A stretch of 59,152 nt of DNA from Candidatus Yanofskybacteria bacterium RIFCSPHIGHO2_01_FULL_44_24 (GCA_001794215.1 MGJK01000018.1:1-59152); one strand, 5' to 3'. Positions 41,104 to 50,236 are shown, counted from the stretch's first letter. Program-made: numbers and translations. Notes: generated from the sequence alone by a model not told the origin.

Positions 41104-42756
41104 TTAGGCAGCCTCTTGAGTCTCGACTCTGGTTTCCGGTTCTGGAGGAAGGGCTTTTTCTATTTCTTCATCGGTTATTTTAATCAATCCCTTCGTTACT
41201 TCTTTAAGTATCTGCGCCTTCAAATCTCGAGACAAAAACTGTTCCGGCCCGCCGGAAGGCTTACCAGCCTCGAGCCAATGACTAAACACTTCCTTAAATT
41301 CTTTGGTTGTTATTTCTAAAACCAAAACCTCATCTACTATTTTTGCCACTCCTTTTTTATACTTTCTCAGATTTATAGATAGTCCGCTCCCCTTTTTATC
41401 CAAATGGGTTTTTAACTGTATCCCTAACTTATAAAGAGTGCCCTTAACACTCTCTCCCTCTTCTAATTTTACGCCTCTATTCCTATTCTTGGCTCTTATT
41501 TTAAAATCATACTTATAAACACCGTCCTCAAAAGAGTTTGCCCGCATAACTATAAAATCCAGATCGTTATTTAAACTTAGCCTGTTGAATAACTCTCTAA
41601 CAACCACCTCTGCCATAAGCCCCAACGTCCCTGCTTGATTTTTTTCGAATTTGGAAAGTTCTGGAAAGGCAGTACTCGCACCAGTTTCTGAAGAAGCCAG
41701 CTCTCTATCATATATCCCCTCTAAATCCCTTCTCGTCTCATTAACTAAGATCCTCTTGGCTAACTGTCTATAAGCCGGCTCTATCATCTCACCATCAGGA
41801 ACATATTTAATTCCCCAGGCATAATCAGAAACAATATCTCCTATGCCTATAGATTTCCTGCTACCGTTTTCTTCCATATAATACTCCCCCGTTTCTTCAT
41901 CAAAATATACGACCCTTCTCGACTCTTCGCCAAATTCTTTTACTATCTCGCCCTTGTCAAGGTTTTTGATAGCCTTTTTTAGTTCCGACATTCTTTCTAT
42001 TTTCTTCTCACCGTATTTTTCTTTTAGTCTTTTAATCTTTTTGTCAGATCGTTCAAGTTTTCGGTCCGCTTTTTCTTTATTCCTTTTCTCTTCTTGCTCT
42101 CTCTCTTGCTCCGGAGTAAGGTGACGATTGGAAAAGCTAACCCCGAATCTTTCTTTCCACCACTTTTCTAACGCCCGATCAAATGCGGATTGGCTTTTCG
42201 GCGGAAGCCGTTCTCCGCTCAGCTTTCGGTTGATGAGGTCTTGTATCTCTTCGGAAAACTCTAACTTGGCCTCAACCACAATATCCCACCACCCCTTTTC
42301 AGCGTCTCTCTCGGTTCTTTCAGGTTTTTGATCTTCGATAGTCTGGTCACCTTCACCTTCCCGAGCCTCAATTTCTTTTTCTTTTGCTGTGCCGGGTTTC
42401 GTTCCTCTTGTTAGTATTTCTGCCGCAACTCGTTTTCGATTATACTTCGCAAAATCTGCTCCGAACTTATCTTTAAACCACTGGGTGGCAGCAGAGTTAA
42501 ATTGAGACTGCTCCTCCGGTTCAAGAGCCTCGCCACGAGACATTTTATTGATAAGGTCGAGTAGATTCTCCGGAATCTCTTTCCGGAAAGCCATTAAAAT
42601 CTTCCTCATTAAGCGCCTCCGTCCGATATCGCCATAAATGCCCTTGCGAGTCTCCTTATTGTACTGAGTTTCTGTCTCGGAATTTTTTACTTCAAACTCC
42701 GGGATCGCAATATCCCCTTCTAAGCTTTTGCCGATTTTAGGTCCTCGTTCTCGCAT
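41104..42756 (-). CDS. Lys/Glu-rich hypothetical protein with an internal about 45-aa duplication
   Basis: 550-aa ORF. LLDLINKMSRGEALEPEEQSQFNSAATQWFKDKFGADF aligns to IQDLINRKLSGERLPPKSQSAFDRALEKWWKERFGVSF. Confidence 0.7.
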   Translation of the reverse strand: MRERGPKIGKSLEGDIAIPEFEVKNSETETQYNKETRKGIYGDIGRRRLMRKILMAFRKEIPENLLDLINKMSRGEALEPEEQSQFNSAATQWFKDKFGADFAKYNRKRVAAEILTRGTKPGTAKEKEIEAREGEGDQTIEDQKPERTERDAEKGWWDIVVEAKLEFSEEIQDLINRKLSGERLPPKSQSAFDRALEKWWKERFGVSFSNRHLTPEQEREQEEKRNKEKADRKLERSDKKIKRLKEKYGEKKIERMSELKKAIKNLDKGEIVKEFGEESRRVVYFDEETGEYYMEENGSRKSIGIGDIVSDYAWGIKYVPDGEMIEPAYRQLAKRILVNETRRDLEGIYDRELASSETGASTAFPELSKFEKNQAGTLGLMAEVVVRELFNRLSLNNDLDFIVMRANSFEDGVYKYDFKIRAKNRNRGVKLEEGESVKGTLYKLGIQLKTHLDKKGSGLSINLRKYKKGVAKIVDEVLVLEITTKEFKEVFSHWLEAGKPSGGPEQFLSRDLKAQILKEVTKGLIKITDEEIEKALPPEPETRVETQEAA

Positions 42757-42860
42757 TTAAAAACTATACCAAATTTGATAACTTTATCAAAACCGATACA
42801 TTCCCGACCCGAAATTCTTCCGCCGAATAATCAAAGCGTGGCCTTAAATAATGATCAGTG

Positions 42861-42884
42861 CCCTTTATGATATATCATAAAGGG
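42861..42884. repeat. PAL24 palindrome copy 3 (core only)
   Basis: CCCTTTATGATATATCATAAAGGG. The flanks are not complementary here. Confidence 0.9.
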
Positions 42885-42902
42885 TGACGGCTTAGGACAG
42901 AT

Positions 42903-43045
42903 CTTGGTTTATGGAAATTTTTGTTTAAACGATAAGCGAAGCCTTAACCCGATGAAGGGATTTACGGAGGCCGACTGGGCCGAGTAAAAGGCAAGATTTT
43001 AGCAAAAATCTATGCCGTGCCCTGAAATGGGTTAAGGCGAAGCAC
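42903..43045 (+). repeat. R1 intergenic repeat, copy B
   Basis: 42952-43026 is identical (75/75 by my alignment) to 58999-59073. Hairpin at 42990-43016. Confidence 0.85.
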
Positions 43046-43047
43046 CT

Positions 43048-43503
43048 TTATTCGGACTTAATAGAGACCTTGAACTCTGCTTTGATTTCCGGAGCAAGTT
43101 CAACTTCAATCATATGTTCGCCTAATTTTTTGATATGCTCGCCGTGTTCCTTAAAATCAACCGAGTCAGCTTCCACCTTGGCACCAACGGCTTTGGATAA
43201 TTCTTGGGCAACTTCTTCCTTGGTCAGAGAAGAATAGAGCTTGCCGGCTTTACTGGCCTTTTTGGTAAATTCTAAAACGAGATCCCTGACTCTTCCAACC
43301 GCCTCCAGGGCCTTCTCTTTTTCCATCTTAAGAGTCGCCTCAAGCTTTTTCTTAAGAGCGCTGACCTCGTTTAAGGCTCCATCCGTAGCTAACTTAGCCA
43401 TTTTTCTCGGCAGTAAATAGTTCTTTCCGTAGCCATCGGAAACATTCTTAACATCTCCGATCTGGCCATAACCTTTTATGTTTTGCAGTAAAATGATCTT
43501 CAT
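43048..43503 (-). CDS. rplI: 50S ribosomal protein L9
   Basis: MKIILLQNIKGYGQIGDVKNVSDGYGKNYLLPRKMA. Confidence 0.9.
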   Translation of the reverse strand: MKIILLQNIKGYGQIGDVKNVSDGYGKNYLLPRKMAKLATDGALNEVSALKKKLEATLKMEKEKALEAVGRVRDLVLEFTKKASKAGKLYSSLTKEEVAQELSKAVGAKVEADSVDFKEHGEHIKKLGEHMIEVELAPEIKAEFKVSIKSE

Positions 43504-43634
43504 AAATTCTAAGCACTAAGCACTAAATTCTAAACAAATTCAAAATCCTAAACCCAAAAGCTTTAAACTGTTTTAATATTGGAGTTTCGATCATTTGACG
43601 TTGTTTAGTATTTAGGTATTAGAATTTAGAGTTT
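43504..43634. repeat. AT-rich oligomer arrays in inverted arrangement abutting the rplI start codon
   Basis: Left arm AAATTCTAAGCACTAAGCACTAAATTCTAAACAAATTCAAAATCCTAAACCC. Right arm GTTTAGTATTTAGGTATTAGAATTTAGAGTTT. Confidence 0.8.
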
Positions 43635-43641
43635 ACTTGAT

Positions 43642-44871
43642 TTACCTTAATAAATCAAGGGCCTTATCGAGCTGGGGATCGTGTCCCGGATCTCCTATGC
43701 GGAAATCTTCCTTAGCCCTGTCTTCTTCGGTAATTTTAACCTCGATATCAGCCTCAATTCCTTTTTCTGATATTGATATCCCTGAAGGAGTCAGCCATTT
43801 AGCGATAGTCACCTTCAGTGATGACCCGTTATCAAAATTCTCTAATTCCTGAACCGAACCCTTTCCAAAGGATTTTTCTCCGACTAATTTAATACCTCGG
43901 TTATCATGCAGCGCCCCCGCTAAAATTTCCGAGGCCGAAGCCGAACCGCCGTTTATCAGTACGACGGTAGGATAAATCTTCAGGAGGCCCTTGCCGTCAG
44001 CCCGAAAATCATTTTGCGTTCCGTTCCCAAAAACTTCGCTGGTTACTATCGCGCCTTTGTCCAAAAACCAGCCGGCTAAGTTAATAGCGGCATCGAGAAG
44101 TCCGCCGGGGTTATTGCGTAAATCAACAATCAGCCGATCTGCCTTGGATTTTAATATTTCTTCAGCCGCTTCCTTAAACAATAGATCGACATTCTGGTTG
44201 AAAGAAAAAATCTGAATATAAGCAATGTGGCCGTCAATGAGCTTCCATTTGATAGTGGGTACCTTGATAGTATCCCGAGTCAGCTCATGATCCTTGGTCG
44301 TTTTATCGCCATTACTGATCACGGTAAGGACGACCTTGGTTCCTTTCCTGCCCCTGATCAAATTGACGGCCTCATCGATAGCCATGCCTTCGGTGGATTG
44401 AGAATCAATTTTTAATATCTTGTCACCCGCTTTGATTCCGGCCCGATGAGCCGGAGTATCCTCCAGCGGAGCAATTACCGTAAGAACCTCGTTTCGAATT
44501 CCTATTTCTATCCCTACCCCTCCGAACTCTCCGGAAATTTCTTCCTTAAATTTACTGCTGGTTACCGGTTCGAAAAACACGGTATAAGGATCCTTGGCAG
44601 TATTAACCATCCCCTCGATGGCTCCGTAAACCATATCTTGGGCATCTAATTTATCCTTATCTACATACTTATCGTTCAACGCCTCCCAAACTTCCCAGAA
44701 AAGACCAAAATCAACATCCTGTGGCCTGTTACGCTCTTGGTTCACTATCGTCTTCACGATAGGCAGAGAACGGAAATATTGAAATTGAAAAAGCCAAAAA
44801 CCGCCGCCGAAACCGGCGACCAGAGAAATAACGATCGAAACTATAAGCGTCTTGCGATGAGTAGCGTCCAT
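43642..44871 (-). CDS. ctp: carboxy-terminal processing protease (S41)
   Basis: N-terminal TM helix, PDZ-like GIEIG...AGIKAGDKILKID, then INGGSASASEI and GKGSVQ. Confidence 0.88.
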   Translation of the reverse strand: MDATHRKTLIVSIVISLVAGFGGGFWLFQFQYFRSLPIVKTIVNQERNRPQDVDFGLFWEVWEALNDKYVDKDKLDAQDMVYGAIEGMVNTAKDPYTVFFEPVTSSKFKEEISGEFGGVGIEIGIRNEVLTVIAPLEDTPAHRAGIKAGDKILKIDSQSTEGMAIDEAVNLIRGRKGTKVVLTVISNGDKTTKDHELTRDTIKVPTIKWKLIDGHIAYIQIFSFNQNVDLLFKEAAEEILKSKADRLIVDLRNNPGGLLDAAINLAGWFLDKGAIVTSEVFGNGTQNDFRADGKGLLKIYPTVVLINGGSASASEILAGALHDNRGIKLVGEKSFGKGSVQELENFDNGSSLKVTIAKWLTPSGISISEKGIEADIEVKITEEDRAKEDFRIGDPGHDPQLDKALDLLR

Positions 44872-44992
44872 CCCGTTAGAGATAGGATGCGATCGGATCG
44901 CAACCGTACCTAGTTAATTTTCTTGATGTCCCATCGAGATATTTCTGCCACCGATTGCCAACATTTATTATTGGACGATATCTCTAACGGGA

Positions 44993-45796
44993 CTAAACTG
45001 GCCAAGGTTTAGACCAGTACTTTTTGAAATATCCGAAAGCATCTTTCAAGTGCCAGCGCGCTTCCTTCTTAAGAAATAAATCCAGTGCCGCAAATCGTCC
45101 CTTCGATCCGCGCTGATGATAGTGGTACATCTCCGCTTCCGGATAATAAACAACCTTGTAACCATTTTCCCAGAAGCGCCTCGCCCAGTCAACTTCGCTG
45201 AAATACAAAAAAAGCTTTTCATCCATCAATCCGACCTTTTCAACCGCTTTTCGACCGGCCATCAGAGCCGAGCCCATTAACCAGTTCGCATCGGTGGCCG
45301 TTAAAAGATTGCTGTCTTTCAAAGAAAAATTCCTGAGATGTTTTCTGCCCCAGGGCAAATAACCCAAAAACGTTCTGCGGTAAAGAATGGTCCAGACGGT
45401 ATAAAACCTGAAGCAGGAATCCTGAACGGTTCCGTCAAAGTTGAGCAAGCGGGGCCCGAGTAAACCTACGTCGGGATGGGATTTCAAATATTCGACCATC
45501 TTCTCGATAGAATTTTCCAGAGGAACAATGTCGGGATTTAAAATTAAAAAGAAATCGCCGCGGGCATTCCTTATGCCCTCGTTGACCCCGAAGGTGTATC
45601 CTATATTCCCCTGATATGGCAGGAGCCTGACACCCTTAAACTCCTCGGAAACCACATTCCTGGTTTGAATGGTACTCATTGAATCAACGACAATTATCTC
45701 ATAATCCAATCGAGAACTGACCGCCCTGATCAGAGACTTGAGACACAGGCGTAGGAGAGCCGGATTCTTAAAATTTACGACAACGATTGACAGCAC
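44993..45796 (-). CDS. GT2-family glycosyltransferase
   Basis: GTG start. LSIVVVNFKN, VVDSMS and ILNPDIV. Confidence 0.8.
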   Translation of the reverse strand: MLSIVVVNFKNPALLRLCLKSLIRAVSSRLDYEIIVVDSMSTIQTRNVVSEEFKGVRLLPYQGNIGYTFGVNEGIRNARGDFFLILNPDIVPLENSIEKMVEYLKSHPDVGLLGPRLLNFDGTVQDSCFRFYTVWTILYRRTFLGYLPWGRKHLRNFSLKDSNLLTATDANWLMGSALMAGRKAVEKVGLMDEKLFLYFSEVDWARRFWENGYKVVYYPEAEMYHYHQRGSKGRFAALDLFLKKEARWHLKDAFGYFKKYWSKPWPV

Positions 45797-45890
45797 GAAG
45801 AAGTTAAAAGTTCATCAAGTTCTTAAAGTTATAAGGTTCTTATTTGATACAACTTTATAAACTTTATAAACTCGGCACTTTATAAACTTG
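45797..45890. repeat. R2 intergenic element, copy 2 (last unit overlaps the stop of the LCP gene)
   Basis: See 40696-40795. Contains CTTTATAAA three times. Confidence 0.7.
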
Positions 45891-46941
45891 GGTTTAAAAC
45901 CTCCTGAAATAATTTTTTGATTCCTTCGAAATTTTCTCCTTTAGGAAGCAAGACGTAAATGCCGTCTATATGCGTTTCATAAACTAAATTATCGGTCGAT
46001 ATTACGTAGTGCTCGGTGTTATTGTATGCCTCGTTGATTTGTTTAGCCAAAGATAGCAGCCCCGGAACATCCCAAATGTTGAAATCTGTGTCGATATTAT
46101 TCCTGAGAGTGTTTAGAACTGAAAGGGTTTTGATCGGGTCGTTCAAGAAATTGAGCTCCATCACCTTATTCTTGATGGCGGCTATTACCTGCTGCTGTCT
46201 GTTTGAGCGGTCGAAATCACTGGTGGAATACCGCGATCGTGAATAATAAAGCGCGGACTGGCCGTCGAGGTGATTTTTACCCGCCGGCAAAGAAAACTCA
46301 TAACCCCACTGCTGTTTCTCGGCAAAGGGCTTGGATAACTCAATATCTATGCCGCCGAGTTCATCAATAATTTTCTTAAATGAAGTAAAATTAATAACCA
46401 GCACATTATCTATGTATACGCCGCTTATTTTGGAAACAAGTTCTCTGACCGGTTTCGAACCTTGATCTGTCAGCAGTCCGGCCTCATAGGCGGCATTGAT
46501 TTTATCCTTTTTACCCTTTCGAATAATGACATAAAGATCCCGAGGTATGGAAATAAGTGATGCTCTTTGGGTTTTCTTATCGAAACTGAAAACCAACATG
46601 GTGTCGGTCAGCATAGATCCTGCCTGATCGCCCTCCGGATCATCTGCGCCCCGCAAGCCCAAGATAAGGATATCGAGCCTGTCTTTTTCCTCTTTGGGCA
46701 TAGTGTAATTGGCCTTATACTCTTGATCCTCCTGACTGCTTACCCGTCCAAAAGTAACTATATTGGCAACCTTATCCCATAAAGTCTGGTCTTCGTTAGT
46801 TACGTCAATATTGCGAGAAAAGAATCCCCACTTAATCATTCCGGCCAAGACCGCCACTGCCAATATTAAGACGGCAGCGCGTCGATAGCGCTTTTTTTTA
46901 TTCAGAATTGATTGTTCGTTAAAATCAGACTGAGTGTACAT
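45880..46941 (-). CDS. LytR/CpsA/Psr (LCP) family cell-wall glycopolymer transferase
   Basis: TM anchor. LILGLRGADD...TDTMLVFSFD...SIPRDLYV. Confidence 0.85.
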   Translation of the reverse strand: MYTQSDFNEQSILNKKKRYRRAAVLILAVAVLAGMIKWGFFSRNIDVTNEDQTLWDKVANIVTFGRVSSQEDQEYKANYTMPKEEKDRLDILILGLRGADDPEGDQAGSMLTDTMLVFSFDKKTQRASLISIPRDLYVIIRKGKKDKINAAYEAGLLTDQGSKPVRELVSKISGVYIDNVLVINFTSFKKIIDELGGIDIELSKPFAEKQQWGYEFSLPAGKNHLDGQSALYYSRSRYSTSDFDRSNRQQQVIAAIKNKVMELNFLNDPIKTLSVLNTLRNNIDTDFNIWDVPGLLSLAKQINEAYNNTEHYVISTDNLVYETHIDGIYVLLPKGENFEGIKKLFQEVLNPSL

Positions 46942-46946
46942 ATTTT

Positions 46947-48038
46947 CTAACTAAACCATTTACCTATCTCATTCGGGCCAACTTTGGCTCTGGACATTAT
47001 TTCTCTTCTCTTTCTCAGCATCTTAGGAAAAAATCTGAGAAAATTGGGAACCTCTGAAAGAACCCGGGGTTCAAAAATTAATATATAGCCGAACAGCATA
47101 ATCTCCCGTTTCAAGATATATGGCAAGTCTTTCAAGATGTTTATTATATAGTCATTTTTGAGAATTGTAAAACGGGTATTGCGCCAATCGAGGCCCCTTT
47201 TTCTCATCGGAACTTCCCTTCTGATTCTTATGAAGTCCATCCAGTTTTTACGCAGTGTTTTGGTGGTCTGCCGATCATGCCAAGCAATCACTGCCGGCGC
47301 AAAGATCTGTTTCCAGCCGAATAAATTCATCCGCCAGGCCAAATCAAAATCATCGCCGTACCAGAAATAATCATGGTCAAAGATTTCATTAGTGGGTAGC
47401 TGGTAGTGGGTAGTTGGTAGTGGAATCCTGCACGATTCAAGAGCGCTTTTTCTGAAAAACGGCGCCGCTCCTTCGACTCCGAATATCTCCACCGATCCGC
47501 CGGACGGCGGATCATACTGGCCGATATCTTTTTCCCCATGGCCCATATTTACCAGCCTGCGAGACTTAAAGATCTTAAATCCAAAAGTGTCGATAATTGT
47601 AGGTTGTAGGTTGTAGGTTGTAGGTTGTAGGTCAGTTAATTCATACCTGTAAATCTTTGCCTGTAAGGCGCCGATTTTTTCATCACGTTCCATGACCTCG
47701 ACGGCATTTTTAATAAAATCTTTATCGAGTATCACATCGACTGCCACTGCTAAGACGTATTTACAGCTTGAACGTTTCAATAATTCTTCCTGTCCCGGCC
47801 ACATCCCTAAATTTGATTTGGATTTCACCAAATCAAATTTAGGAAATTTAGAATTTAAAATTTTAAATTTAAAATTCTCGATAATGCCGATGGTATTATC
47901 GAGCGATCCGTTGTCGAGAATATTAAATTCTATAAGCTCGTGCGGGTAAGTCTGGGCTAAAACTGCGTCCAAAAAATGGCGGATGTATTTTTCACCGTTG
48001 AGAACAACGAGGTTAATCGTAACTTTAAGCATTGACAT
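46947..48038 (-). CDS. GT2-family glycosyltransferase with three repeat-derived insertions
   Basis: INLVVLNGEKYIRHFLDAVLAQTY and ILDNGSLDNT. The insertions encode KFKILNSKFPKFD, LQPTTYNLQPT and PTTHYQLPT. Confidence 0.8.
   Translation of the reverse strand: MSMLKVTINLVVLNGEKYIRHFLDAVLAQTYPHELIEFNILDNGSLDNTIGIIENFKFKILNSKFPKFDLVKSKSNLGMWPGQEELLKRSSCKYVLAVAVDVILDKDFIKNAVEVMERDEKIGALQAKIYRYELTDLQPTTYNLQPTIIDTFGFKIFKSRRLVNMGHGEKDIGQYDPPSGGSVEIFGVEGAAPFFRKSALESCRIPLPTTHYQLPTNEIFDHDYFWYGDDFDLAWRMNLFGWKQIFAPAVIAWHDRQTTKTLRKNWMDFIRIRREVPMRKRGLDWRNTRFTILKNDYIINILKDLPYILKREIMLFGYILIFEPRVLSEVPNFLRFFPKMLRKRREIMSRAKVGPNEIGKWFS
47392..47423. repeat. GTGGGTAG/TGGTAG oligomer array inside GT2 CDS
   Basis: GTGGGTAGCTGGTAGTGGGTAGTTGGTAGTGG. 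Confidence 0.8.
47597..47631. repeat. 5 x 7-bp perfect tandem repeat (TTGTAGG) inside GT2 CDS
   Basis: Read directly from the sequence. The unit length is not divisible by 3. Confidence 0.95.
47807..47879. repeat. AT-rich oligomer array with a 13-bp inverted repeat inside GT2 CDS
   Basis: AAATTTGATTTGG-ATTTCAC-CCAAATCAAATTT followed by AGGAAATTTAGAATTTAAAATTTTAAATTTAAAATTC. Confidence 0.8.
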
Positions 48039-48093
48039 ATAACATAAAATATATTAGCATAATATAAGTTTTTTACCAACAAAGGATTCGACG

Positions 48094-48408
48094 ATGAGCG
48101 ATACTGACAAAGTACTCCGTAGCACTCAAGACGTCATAAAATTAGTAACCCTTAAAAGCACCATCTATAACCTGCTGAGAACAAAGAGCATAGCTGCGGA
48201 TGAATTACTGTATGCGATTCTTCCTGGTCTTAGACAAAGACAGCCAACTGAAGATGACACCAGGGACATAAGCCTAATCATTATGGCACTTGACGAACTT
48301 CATGAGGAGGACCTCCTGAGCTTCGATTTCGGATATAAAGATGGCTTAAGTACGGTGCCCATGCTTACTGCGATCGCTGTTCCGGAACGAAGATCTTTGG
48401 TAGATTAG
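48094..48408 (+). CDS. hypothetical protein
   Basis: 104-aa ORF on the opposite strand to the surrounding cluster. A terminator hairpin CCCCGAT-TCAT-ATCGGGG plus T-run lies at about 48417-48440. Confidence 0.5.
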   Translation: MSDTDKVLRSTQDVIKLVTLKSTIYNLLRTKSIAADELLYAILPGLRQRQPTEDDTRDISLIIMALDELHEEDLLSFDFGYKDGLSTVPMLTAIAVPERRSLVD

Positions 48409-48501
48409 ATTAATTGCCCCGATTCATATCGGGGTTTTATTTGCCGGGAAGTGAATTTTTGAATTGTAATCTGCTTTACGCTTTTAACGCATTTCAAAAA
48501 T

Positions 48502-50037
48502 CTACTTCCTGGTTGCTAGAAGGAGAGATGCAGTCGTTACAAACAAGAGAAATGATCTTTCATCAAATAAAGCTACATCGGTAAGAGAATAGATCAAAAC
48601 CCATGGAACGAATATAATAGCCGCTCCGAAATAAGTTACGAGCAGAGGGTCTTTAGCTAAAACGTAATTATCGTAAGATTTTTTAAACACGCGCCAGAGA
48701 AACCATAGAGCAGTGAATAGAGCTAAAATCCCCATCTCAGCGGCAATATGCAGATAGATGTTATGGGCTGACGAACCGGCACGGGCCAAAAATATCCTCT
48801 GATCAAGAACTACTGGGAAATTGCCTATACCTACGCCCAATAACGGCCGCACCTTAATGGACTCAAGGCTCGCCTTCCATATCTCTATTCTCTGGCTATT
48901 AGATGTTTCTCCGAAATCTATAATCGACTTGATTCTTTCTCCAAATAAACCCCAATCCCCTTTCGATAACAAGAACTGAGGAGATACAAAAATCGGATAA
49001 GCCACGGCAAAAAGCATGAAGAATATAATCATGTATAAGGAAGCGTATTTAAAAACACTCTTATGGTAGCCGCCCGCTTTCGTCCTCCACATCCAGTAAA
49101 TAACCCCGGCAATAATAATTAATACTCCGGCACTTGCCGCCCAAATACCCCGGGTACCGCTTAATATTGCCGCCAAAAAACCTAAAGGAATCCACAAAAC
49201 AACCATCGTGGCCCTAATTTTTATCATTTCTTTCAGACTCTTTGATTTTGCAAAAATTTTATAAAACGAAAGGGCAAATATGGCGGATAGGCCGAGCAAA
49301 ACAAATTGAGGAAACGAATGGGAATCGGGGAATAAAGAGAAAACCCGCAGAGACAACTGCTCTCCGTAATAAGCAAACCAGGTGTTGCCCAAACGAACGG
49401 CGATATCCGACCAAAGAACTCCGAACTGCCTCATCTGTATCCCCTCTCCCCAGATTCTCATGAACTGATAAATATCGATGAAGTAAGTCGAAGCAACCTG
49501 AATGAAGCCGACAATCGTTACGATAATCGTCGGGACGGCAATGTTTTTAATCAATCTTTTTGTAAAATGTTCCCTGTTCATTGCTAACCAGTAAACCACA
49601 ATGCCGACCAAGCTGAAATTTACAAAAAATATTATCCTCGTTATCGCCGTGCCCTTATCGACGGCCGGAATAATAGACAGCAGAGCAAGGAACAATAGAA
49701 CGATGAGCAATTTTGAATGTTTGGCAAATGATTTTAACTGTAGGAAGTATTTGAGGCCGGTAACATGAGCCAACTTTAAAAAGAGTATTATCGCCAATAT
49801 GCGCCAAACATTAAGATTGTCGTAATTGGCCGTTATCGGGATAGCAATAAAAAACGGTATGGACCTGACAAAAAATACCGTCGCATCTTCCAACGGAGCG
49901 ACAACAAAATAAATAATCAGTCCGAGGGCAAGAAAAATCGAAGTTTCCCGCGGCAAAAGACCGGTAATAATGAGGCCGAATAAAATCAGCTGAAGAATGA
50001 ATAGGCGGTCTAAAATTTTAAGCTTAGGTATTGACAC
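48502..50037 (-). CDS. O-antigen ligase/polymerase-like (Wzy_C) polytopic membrane protein
   Basis: More than 10 hydrophobic helices. The loop SSAHNIYLHIAAEMGILAL is typical of the family. Confidence 0.75.
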   Translation of the reverse strand: MSIPKLKILDRLFILQLILFGLIITGLLPRETSIFLALGLIIYFVVAPLEDATVFFVRSIPFFIAIPITANYDNLNVWRILAIILFLKLAHVTGLKYFLQLKSFAKHSKLLIVLLFLALLSIIPAVDKGTAITRIIFFVNFSLVGIVVYWLAMNREHFTKRLIKNIAVPTIIVTIVGFIQVASTYFIDIYQFMRIWGEGIQMRQFGVLWSDIAVRLGNTWFAYYGEQLSLRVFSLFPDSHSFPQFVLLGLSAIFALSFYKIFAKSKSLKEMIKIRATMVVLWIPLGFLAAILSGTRGIWAASAGVLIIIAGVIYWMWRTKAGGYHKSVFKYASLYMIIFFMLFAVAYPIFVSPQFLLSKGDWGLFGERIKSIIDFGETSNSQRIEIWKASLESIKVRPLLGVGIGNFPVVLDQRIFLARAGSSAHNIYLHIAAEMGILALFTALWFLWRVFKKSYDNYVLAKDPLLVTYFGAAIIFVPWVLIYSLTDVALFDERSFLLFVTTASLLLATRK

Positions 50038-50110
50038 TATTGTGGTAATAATATATATTCAAACGGCACAACTATTGTGATCTGGAGAAAACGTTGTGAG
50101 AACTTTCGGA

Positions 50111-50236
50111 ATGTACCTCTTCAGCTTTGGTATCGGTGGGGCCGTATCGGCGTATTTTTTCACAAAAAGCGGAAGAGCACCAAAATGGCTACTCTTAGCC
50201 GCTATCGGATTGGTTATATATCTAATCGCCCCATAG
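50111..50236 (+). CDS. 41-aa two-helix membrane micro-protein (not in ORF track)
   Basis: MYLFSFGIGGAVSAYFFTKSGRAPKWLLLAAIGLVIYLIAP. An in-frame GTG at 50096 is an alternative start. The stop lies in the loop of a strong terminator. Confidence 0.4.
   Translation: MYLFSFGIGGAVSAYFFTKSGRAPKWLLLAAIGLVIYLIAP

Noticed and set aside
43504-43634. AT-rich arrays (also at 12613, 51358 and 55730) considered as CRISPR arrays
   Set aside because: The units are 7-16 nt, degenerate, contiguous or irregularly spaced, and have no unique spacers of 25-40 nt. No cas genes are present. This is not CRISPR.
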